From NCBI GenBank assembly GCA_051362555.1, contig CM120641.1:35036401-35100400 (forward strand): a stretch of 64,000 nucleotides of DNA, written 5' to 3'. The notes beneath the pieces were generated by a model. The model was not told the origin of the DNA. It did not search any database and worked only from the letters and a program-made list of their open reading frames with translations. Source of the stretch: Lingula anatina. Lineage: Eukaryota; Animalia; Brachiopoda. Both the position numbers and the translations under genes were made by a program. This document shows positions 54,176-64,000 of this stretch, one piece after another. Positions within the stretch are counted from its first letter, which is position 1; every line of letters begins with the position of its first letter.

Positions 54176-57100
54176 TTATACCGTGTCCTCCTGCTCTGCC
54201 GTCATTAAGGGATCTCCCTCCTCATCAAAGATTAAAAATTTAACATTTGGCTTCTTGTCCTGGCCTCCTCCGCCCTCCTCTTTTATACTGTCTAGATGCA
54301 TGGGAGAGTGCTCGCGGGCCCCGGGTTTGGGACTGTGGGAACTTTTATCTTGAGGACCAGGATTAAGTCTACGTCTGTAAAGGAGAAATATTGAAACACT
54401 GATTTTAAGGCAACATTTGTAATGAGGAAAATGACAGGTTTCCGTCAACACAACATGTTTGTTTTTTCTTCCTTTTTATTTATTTATTTATTTTTTTGAC
54501 AAACTTTGACAGAAATGACATCTTAAGCAATAAGTGACTCACTGTGACCTCAAAGTAACCCACATTTTTAATGGGATAAAAAATGATCCCCAAGTTCAAC
54601 ATACAAAACAAATCCTTACTTATGTAACATCAAAAATCTACACTTTGAAAGTTATACTATGGATGGATTTGAGGAAAAAAAACTTATTCCAGCTAGCACA
54701 TAATAAAATTATATTCATTAAAACACTAGAGCAGGCCTTATAAACAGATAAGGCATTTGCAAACATGAGCGTCAGATTTGTGAGCACAAATGCCCACTTT
54801 CATGACTTCAGCCATGGATTAGAACCTGAATGTAAAATTAGTAACCAAGAACAGAGCATTACTACATATGAACTGCTCCCACGCTGTGTTCCTGTCTATT
54901 TATTTAACCTTGCGACACTTAATTTGAGACTAGAGTCATTCATCTGGGCATTTGTGCTCCAAACTCCAAGGCCCGCAGTAGCATAAAGCAATTATCCTTT
55001 ATGTGGCCTGTAGGAGTCAAATATTGTACTTGTCACCAAGTTCTATGCACAATCCATTTCTGCACAGCTCTGTTGAATTCCAAATACAACACTTGAGCTG
55101 GCACTGTGTGTGTTACTCACCTTGTTGTTGGTGACTGGTTTTCTGCAGCTTTCTGGTGCTTATTCATGTCTACCTGACTGGTCTCATTAATGGTCTTCCA
55201 GAGTGAAGATTTGGCTATCCCCTCAGAGATGTTGAGCTGATTGAGTTTATTGGCGGGAATTCTCATGATGTTCCCACTTGTCAGTGGGACCTCTAGGGTG
55301 CCTGTCCTGGTCAATTTAACCTGGGGGTTACTCACTATACTCTCTCTGCGTTCCCGCTGAAAATGCAAAAGGAGAATTCTCATAAGTCCAGTTCCATATG
55401 AGTTTGTTAATAAATTATTATTATTTTTCTGCTGATTTGAAATAAAAGTAAGAAAACTTGATACTTAACTATTTATTTATGTTTTTATTTATTTATTTCA
55501 ATTTTGTCTTTTTCTAACACACTGAAACAGAAATAAAATATCAAATGCAACTGTAATTTTTGAAATATTCAGCATGCTTTGAGCAATAACAAACATAACT
55601 TTTGTATCATAAAATATATGTAACTGTCACTCTATATCCAACAGATACCTCTTCATTTTCCATTTCCTCTTCTTTCTTCTTCAGCTCCTCTTGCTCTTCT
55701 TTCTCCTTCCTGTGAGCGTTAGGCATGACATCGTCCAGCCACATCAGTTCCTCCTGACTGAACAGGTAGTCCATTCCCTTTCTTACAAAACACATGGCCA
55801 GCACCTGGGGAATAAAATTGTCCCCAACATCTTAATAAAGGTAATTTGGCAGATTATTAGTAACTTGGTTTACTGCTTTGTTGGATGTATGTGTATGTCC
55901 TATATATGTAAATGTCATCTTTTAAAAATCACACGACAGCAAAATTGAATCATGGTAAATGTAAGGGAAAAAAAGTGTAAGTAGGTCTTGAAAACGTCTT
56001 CATTTTAAATGAAGACTTGTAAACCAAGTTACCTTAAAATATTTTGGTTTTTACATATAAGTACTACATTTATAATTCAAACAATAAACATTAGAGCTTA
56101 CTTTAAAATACTTTTTACAATCAATCCAGATTCAAACAAACCAAATTCTACAATTTAATTTTCTAAATTTTACTTTGATCCTATTTTAATATTCCTGCAC
56201 TGTGTACTTAATGTGCTTCGGCATGCACTCTTTCAGAAGGAATGTAAATGCATTAACATTAAAACAGTTTCTCTCTCATTAACCAAATAATGATGAGGCA
56301 GGGAATAGCTAATGGTATGCTACTCCAATTAGCATTAATCTACACATATAATGCCTCTAACAATACATAAATGTTACAGTAATTGAGCTAGCAACTAAAA
56401 TTCTAAAATATCAAGCAGCTAAAGATAGGAAGCAAATTAGTTGCTATACACTAAGCTTGCTTTGGTTCACATTGCAAGCATCAGCTACAACCATCTCTAC
56501 GTGTCTACACTACGTGTTAGTGAAATTATAACAAACACCTAAGCAAATTTCTATTAAAAAGGCTAAGTAATTCTACAATTCTGCATATCATATATTTCAT
56601 AAATTTAGTGCAAATTAGTTTTCTTGCAATTTCATACTTTAAATGAACCGAACAGAACATTTCTATTTACTGAAACAGTTTTTTTTTTTCATATTCTCTC
56701 ACTTTTGAAAACATTATAGTGTTCCGTACATCTACATTTTAGCATGAAAAGGATGTGTGAAAAATACTAGGACTACAGCTAGCTTCTTGTTACAATACGT
56801 GCCACTAAAAACCAATCAATCACCTTTTTTGCAATACTAACAGAAATAAATACTGAAATACACAAACTTGGGCAACAGTTTTCACTGTCAACCTTGGGTC
56901 TCAATAAAACAAGGAGCACATCAATACTTATTTGTTACGGATTCAGGTAAATCCAACAAGAAAAATTAGATGAAAATATAGAAAACATCAATTGTAATCT
57001 GGAGAGCATGTTTCAATACAAGATGATGAACAAAGGAGCACAAATAATGTCACATCAAACAGAGGTTTAGTAAACAATGAAATGGCTTACTCCTTAGAAA

Positions 57101-60100
57101 TACTAAGTGTTAATGTAAAACAACGTAGGTGTTTATACAGGTTATACCAAAAGGGCTCAAAATCTACCAGACACTTCGAAAGAAAAACTTTAGCATGCAA
57201 CAGAATCATTTCAATATCCCAACATCCCCAGATGGACCTTACTGGAACCTACCATAAGTGGGAAGGCGATAGAAATGGATTTAATGGTTTTAATAACCCA
57301 CAGGATGATGAGACACAACAGCTGGATAGCTGTGAACAGGTGAACACGCTTCAGAGGCACATGGCGCAGGAAGGTGTAGTCCGGCTGGTACTTCGGTGGC
57401 ATTAAGATGATCAACAGACGGTCTACAAACTGTAACCAAGAGTAATGATATGATTTTTTTCTTTTTGATGTCGTTATAACGAAAAAAAAATACAAGTGGG
57501 ATTTTATCAATTATCTTTGACTTAATAATGAACAAAGCCACAGTGTTTAAATTATGTGTAAATAAAAAATGTAATAACCATTGATTATTATTTTCTTTTT
57601 TTTTTTTTTTTAAGTGATTCTCTTGCTGTCGTAAACTAAGGATAAACACAAGTTAAGATTCCACTGTTTGTTGTTCAAATGGCTGGATAAAATTCCTTGT
57701 TCTTCTTTAGTTATAGATAGTCATGGTTTAAACTGAAACTCACTTGAACAACAAAGTGATACAAGCTAATTCACCTTGGCTTAACCTAAAACTTCTCTAG
57801 ACAGTTACTGAGTAAACATCTCTTACCTGTACTCCCTTAAGAGCAGACACTCCCATGTACAGAAACACACCATATAAAATTGGCAGAGGGAGATGCTGAA
57901 ACAAATAGCAGAATTTTGTAGGGCATAGCTATATTTGTGTAGCAGACAAGAAACACATTAATTTTTTTCAATGAAATATTTTGCAAAGGGGTATCAAAGA
58001 AACATTCAGGGAACAGAATTTCCTAACTCTTCAAATGCATATTTATTCATCTCTCTTAAAAACGAATACCAAAGATTCTCAAAACCATACAACTCTATTT
58101 ACCTTCAGCGCTGATGTGAGAAGCACAGACACCCCAATTAGTAAGAATACTGCTACACCAGTAACTCTCTGTTCTCTGTTTAAATAAAAAACATTTTATA
58201 TTAGTATCAAAAATATATTTCATGAATTCTTATCTTAAACTCGATTATGAATCCTGTACTATTTCTCACTAGGTTGACAACTGCAGATTATGAGTTCATT
58301 AAGCTCTCTTGTAGCTTTTAACACCAAACACAAAATCTAATCATTTTTCCCTTGGTCCTTTTGTGACCTATCTGTAAATTTCATTAAAATTCCTCCGTGG
58401 CATAACGCTGTTAACAGACAAACCAACTAACAGCAACAAAAACATTACCTCATGATGGAGGTAATAAAACTCCCAAGACTGTGTATGGAAATTACTGGTA
58501 ATTTAGTTATTGCTCTGTTATAGTTAGTCATGCTGTCATTGATTGTACCTCGTATGTGAAGGTATTTATCAATAAAGAATCTGAAATCTGGTAATAATCA
58601 TCACCTTATTCCCAGAAATTTGGGTGTCTCCCCAGGTGCTGCACATTCTGACTCTTTCTTCAAGCTTTGTACATGAGTAATGGAAAGCACTGTTGCTGCC
58701 ACAAACCATGGCAGACCCAGGAGGGAACAGACAGCTATCAATGAGGCTATTATGAAGAGATCTAGATGGTAGCCACCTCCTTTCTGAAGACAGAAATGTT
58801 GAATCAGCATATTAATTTGTGTATTATATAATAAGGCCTCAACTAACATATAGCAAAGCTAGCATATATATGGTTAAAAGGTGAATTTTCTTTTAAATTA
58901 AAAGACTTAGGAAAACTTGAAGCACCTTATATAAATTAAGTAACTGACAGAAATATATCAAAGGTAAGAAGGGGAATTTTCTGAAATAAGACTTAGGAAA
59001 ACTTTATATATTCAGAAATCGACAGAAATATATCTATCTTAGACTGGGTTCCCACAGATTTAGATCAATCCATCTGGATCACCTAACTCCCTGGGGGATC
59101 ACGTTAAATTGCTGTCAGATTCCGGGAGCCGAGCCCACACAAAAGTTAATTGCCCTCTTACAGCTTTTAGTAGGCGGGACAGACATTTAAGCTGGTTAAG
59201 CTGACAGCTATCTAGTGAGACTCCCTAGGGGATAGATCGATCTAAATATCAATGGGAATGGTCTCTTTTACTTGGGCATTTGCAAACAAACAATCAATCC
59301 ATCAATCAATGGATAAATAAATAAATAAACTTCCAGTTCTCTCTACAACAAACCCCTGTTCACACATCAGTCTAGCTGAAATGCATGACTCACCACTAGT
59401 TTGTTTTCTCTCCTGTTTACAATGACAGCTGTAATCTGCTGATCCATAAATATCAAGATGGTTGCCAGCAAAGCCGGTATGATGGCTGCTGGGATACACC
59501 ACCATGGGTTGCCCAGTGGGTTCACAACCCACCCCCTGTCATTTGCCCTGGTTGGCTGGAAACGAACAGACTTTATATTAAGGCAAACCAACAATATTTT
59601 ACCAATCCTTTAATCTTTTGGCACTAGGAATTTTTCCAACTACCTACCAAATGCAATTTATTGTTACAGTGAGGAATTGAAGATGCTGTAATTGTTATTT
59701 TTCTTCTTCAAAGGATATGTAAACATGACGTTGTTTCATTTGAAAAAATAAGCAGCGGCGGATTTAGGCCGTCTTCTGGGTCTTCTGGAAGACAGTCAGA
59801 TTTTCAAGTTTACATTGTCAGCCATCTAATGTTTTCTGTCGGAAGACGGTCAAAATTGAAGATGGATCAACAAAGATAATTTGGAAGATTGTCAGAAAAT
59901 ATCTCTGGATCCGCCCCTGATAAGTACATTCTCAAAACAGCTTTGTTAAGTCACAAAAGACCAGAGTTGTGCAGAGTTGTGCAGTATGGAAAATTTTGCA
60001 TTCTACAGTCTTACTCTGACCAAACCCATAAAGCAATTATGGGAACTTGATACACTAACTTATTCAACTGGGTACAAATAAGACAAAATATGGCAATTTA

Positions 60101-61731
60101 TAACTTAACTTACCACAAATGTGTCGGGCACTTGCAGCTTTGGTGTTGGAAGTCCAATAACAATATCCACAACCAACATGACCACAATAGCAGTAAACAC
60201 AGCAAAGTCGCTAACCACAGAACGGACCTGTAAGAGTTAAGCATGTAAATGTTAAGAGTCACAAACACGATGAATAAAGACTGTCATAACTAACAATACA
60301 TATAAAGACTTATATCTAAATAAACGTTTTGTGTAGCATGAAAAAGTCAAACTAAACTAAGCATCTCTGATGCTTAGCAAAATAATGAGACGTCTCAAAA
60401 TAAAAGAAGTGTATGCAATGTGGTAAAATCGCAGTAGGTTTCATTTTTGAAAATATTTCTAAGTGCGAAGTCTCACAGATATCCAATACAATTTCAAAAG
60501 TTAAAATCCAGTGAAATGCCACTTAGTCACTTGATAACATAATAAGCAACAACAAACATTTTTCTCTTGACAAAAACACAATGAACACACTTAATCACCT
60601 TGAGAGGGCAGAACCTGCTCATCTTAAACCCCTTGAGTGCATATGCCAGTACAAATGTACCAAAAAACAGAAGGATGGAGAAGAAGAAGACATCTGCCAC
60701 ATATTCCACCGTATCACAACCTGGACCGACCAGTGTCCCACCATACAGCTTACAGTCCGCCTTGTTCAGAGACGCCCATGGAAATGATGCATTGTGGGTT
60801 GCATTGACGATCACTTCCACTTCGGCGTGTCTATCATAAAACAGGAACACAATGTCCTCTTTCGAGTGCTGAATACTCGCGGGGTCGGTGATGTTGGTCG
60901 AGTTCAGTGTCGCATTTGGGTGGACACAGTGACACTCGTATGTCAGCGGTATCTCTGGGTCCAGATTCACGGGACTTGAGTCCTGGATTTTGAACAACTT
61001 CGCAAATGCCTCGTAGATGAAAATGAGGGAGATGAGAGAGGCGAAGCTCTCCTCTGTGAACCGTGTGATATAGCGGACTAAGGCACTGAGGTCGAAAGCC
61101 ACCATAACCATTAAGAACAAGCATGTCCACATGCCGATCCAGAAGCGAAGACTGAGGTAATGCAGGTGGTTGTCTCTGAAATATAACAAATAAATAAATA
61201 AATAAATAAATAAATAAAATGTTTTAAAAACTATATTACAACAGCTTGTGGTGACTTGGTGTTGTTTTTATTAGTCTGCTCAATGGGCATGGCTTTTATA
61301 TCTAAAAAAAAATACATTGGGCAAAAAAGGTCAAGTTTTAAAATCCTGTCACATGCAAACAAATAAGTTAATTTCTCAGACATATACTGTAGAATAAATT
61401 GTGTACTTTCAAATGACAGATAGTAATGAGTCTATCATACAGAAAATTCAAAACATATTCGTGAAAACAAATCATAATATTTTGATAACATTATTAAAAT
61501 GATGGGCTTAAATTAACCCAAGTGCAGCATTCCAAATTACTACCAAACATTGGAAATTGAATTCGTATAATAAGGTTGCATTTTACTTACTCGCAGAAAT
61601 GAAAAACTATGGTTTCAAACACCAGCACTGGTCCAGTACTGCCTATAATGGTCAGCGGCTGACCAGAGAATAAATGATATGTGATTCCACAGATGGCTCC
61701 AGCCAGGATACTTTCTATGGCAGCCTGTAGT

Positions 61732-61788
<57 letters not shown>

Positions 61789-63644
61789 GTATTTTAACTA
61801 TTCACAAATTTTAAACCCCTTACATATTTAAGATATTTTACTTCTTGATATTTCAATTCTGTTCCACACAAAAACACCTTTTCTAACACAATCCCATCTG
61901 ACCTTTTAAAGAAAATTTCATAGCTTCATAACATTTTTGATGAAAATATTGGGACAAAAAGACATGATCCCAGAAAAAAATCATAGCTATTTTACACCAG
62001 CATCTTACCATGTAGTTGTGAGTTGCATCCCCGAGCAAGCCTCCAAATGTCACAATAGGAGTTAGGCAGGCAAAGTACAGGAATATAAAGGAGGCGACAC
62101 ACTGTATGTGCAATGCGTCCTTTATGTCACTCCAGATCCATGGGATCTTACGCTTGATGTCTTCTCGTAAACCTCCAAAGAATCTGAAAACCAATAACAC
62201 ATGACATAAATAGATCATGAATAAGTAAAATCCTGAATCATGGAATAGAAATAGACTAAGAAACAAAAATGGACTTTTAAGTGTCATTGTCAAGACACTT
62301 TGTTTTCAACATCACTGTATATATTTATATACACATATATACTTTCAGTTCCAGAAGTAGCACCTGAAAGACTATGCTACTTGCGTAAGAGATTTTTCAT
62401 AAAAACAACCCAAAAAGAAGAAAAAGTAAGAGGACATTGAAAAGCTAGGACAAAAAAACTTTATGGCAAGTTAAACTACCATCTATACAACCAGAGAGAC
62501 AAATAAATGTAACTAAACAAAAAACTAAGCACTGTAAAAAAAAAGGGGGTAATAAAAAAGCATAAAGCCAATTCAACAAGAAGGTTCCATAAAGGAATAC
62601 ACAAATATCAAATGATAAGGGGATACTATGCAGCCTTACACTATAAGCACTTCTCTACTGCTAGGAAAAAAATATAAGAATCTTTTGGCCTCAATGAGGA
62701 AGACACAGACAATGAATGTCACTCCCTATTCCAGCACCATGGCTGTTTGATCTTCTTTCTAACACAATAAGCACTGATCACTGGATTTCTAAAAGTCTAC
62801 ATACACTGTCAGTCCACCCATGAACCTCTTATTATTAAGGCTTTCCCCATCTTCCGGTGGTCTTTGAATTAAGATTAAAAAGGCATCCATTATGATTCAG
62901 GTAGACCTCTACCTCTTTCTTGATACCCAACTCCTTCCACCTTTATTTCTATCCATCAACGCAGTGTTGTTATAAGCACTTATAATAAAAAGCACCATCA
63001 AACATTTAGGGGGATTGATAAAAACCACCAGCTTATTTGTAGTTACCATCCCATTTCTTTGTCATGTAAAATCTTCACCTTAGGGCTGAGTTCACAAACA
63101 AGTTAATCCACAGACAAACTGATCCTCGGATCAAATAAGGCCTGACCCACTTGGAGGCATGCTGCATAATTCCCTAATGATTAAAAAAATTTCAATTGTT
63201 CTGCCCCTGCAGGGATGGCAAATGTGGGAGGTGGGCAATCCATTAGGGGATTATGCGGCATGCTTTCAAGTGCACATCATATCTGATCCGCTGATCAGTT
63301 AATCCCCGGATCAACTTGGTTGTGAACGTAGCCTAATCCACTACAGGGGCGGATCAAGAGATATTTTCTGACAGTCTTCCAAATTATCTTTGTTGATCCA
63401 TCCTCCATTTTTTGACCGTCTTCCGACAGAAAAAATTAGATACCCTTCAATGTTAACTTAAAAATCTGACCGTCTTCCAGAAGACCCAGAAGATGGCCTA
63501 AATCCGCCCCTGCTCTAGGGGCCCCACCCTCTGGACTGAACAATACCTTCCAGTCCTGACAAGAGTTGGATCTCCGTGTTCCTCTTCCTGGGGGAGGTTC
63601 CCATTGGTGAGGCAGTTAGCTACTTCTGTGGTCTTTCTGCTTTC
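54176..63644 (-). CDS. SLC4 sodium-coupled bicarbonate transporter (SLC4A7/A8/A10-, NDAE1-like), 3' part; 5' exons lie beyond the window end
   Basis: Exons approximately 63547-63644, 62009-62183, 61591-61724, 60599-61175, 60114-60227, 59394-59555, 58605-58793, 58103-58157, 57828-57895, 57253-57430, 55648-55804, 55121-55357, 54176-54374. Motifs: RTGR|[43 protein letters not shown], four-Cys EL3 loop, [29 protein letters not shown]. Ends EQEDTV*. Confidence 0.93.
58340..58468 (+). mobile_element. 3' end remnant of a Helentron/HINE-like element
   Basis: ACAGACAAACCAACTAAC tetranucleotide-like tract followed by the hairpin ATTACCTC-ATGATG-GAGGTAAT (58444-58465). Confidence 0.45.
59042..59263. 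mobile_element. Diverged palindromic MITE related to the 4545/21921 family
   Basis: TTA|GACTGGGTTCCCACAGATTTAGATCAATC.../...GATCGATCTAAATATCAATGGGAATGGTC. Confidence 0.5.
59753..59919. mobile_element. MITE with CAG...CTG termini and 5-bp TSD
   Basis: CAGCGGCGGAT.../...ATCCGCCCCTG, with ATAAG on both sides. It is the reverse-complement near-copy of 63344-63512. Confidence 0.85.
61188..61217. repeat. (AAAT)n microsatellite
   Basis: Tandem aaat units. Confidence 0.9.
61734..61786. repeat. (AAT)n microsatellite
   Basis: Uninterrupted aat run immediately upstream of an SLC4 splice acceptor. Confidence 0.95.
63084..63333. mobile_element. Palindromic MITE, PIF/Harbinger-like (second family)
   Basis: GGCTGAGTTCACAAACAAGTTAATCC.../...GGATCAACTTGGTTGTGAACGTAGCC, flanked by TAG/TAA. 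Confidence 0.65.
63344..63512. mobile_element. MITE with CAGGGGCGGAT TIRs
   Basis: CAGGGGCGGAT.../...ATCCGCCCCTG. The flanks CACTA/CTCTA are a 5-bp TSD with one mismatch. Inverted near-copy of 59753-59919. Confidence 0.85.
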
Positions 63645-64000
63645 CTTAGCAAAGCAAAATGGGGCAAATATAATATTGAAGCACATACAGAGCAAGCTAC
63701 TACACTAGGCACGTCTGCTTCAGAGTCCAGATTCACAAAAAATGTAACTAATTTTTTTTAAAAAGCTGCGCGTGTAGAATGAACTGCTTACTTAAAGCCA
63801 AGCTAACAAGTACCTTTTCTAAAATCTTTATTTATGTAAAAAATGAAAACTGATAATATAAACACAAGCTTATTGTTAATAAAGGGATAACAATACCTCC
63901 ATTTTTATATTTCTGATAGCCTGTGACTAATTTCAAGTAAATATACTGGTAATTTCCATGACATTTTTACTTGAACACGTTTCTTGGCTTCCTATCACAT

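Overview
AT-rich, intron-rich animal genomic DNA. It is probably a lophotrochozoan or other marine invertebrate; this is an inference from gene and repeat style. Five spliced protein-coding genes can be reconstructed by eye: (1) the 3' part of a periaxin/AHNAK-type PDZ protein with a long acidic tail (+, to 11097); (2) an 8-exon, 295-aa gene (-, 21341-28626) fusing a 3-hydroxyacyl-CoA-dehydrogenase-type NAD-binding Rossmann domain that lacks the catalytic His to a C-terminal C3HC4 RING finger; (3) TBCE (-); (4) RAB3GAP1 (+), head-to-head with TBCE; (5) the 3' part of an SLC4 Na+-coupled bicarbonate transporter (-). Mobile DNA includes a 3.8-kb P-element-like insertion with perfect 31-bp TIRs and a 7-bp TSD, a Helentron/HINE-like element carrying a ~146-bp tandem array, several MITEs, and a patch of decayed transposon genes at 14.9-18.7 kb. 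The best candidate for new biology is the Rossmann-RING fusion, a possible NAD(H)- or acyl-CoA-sensing E3 ligase. Exon coordinates were read manually and some may be off by a few bases.
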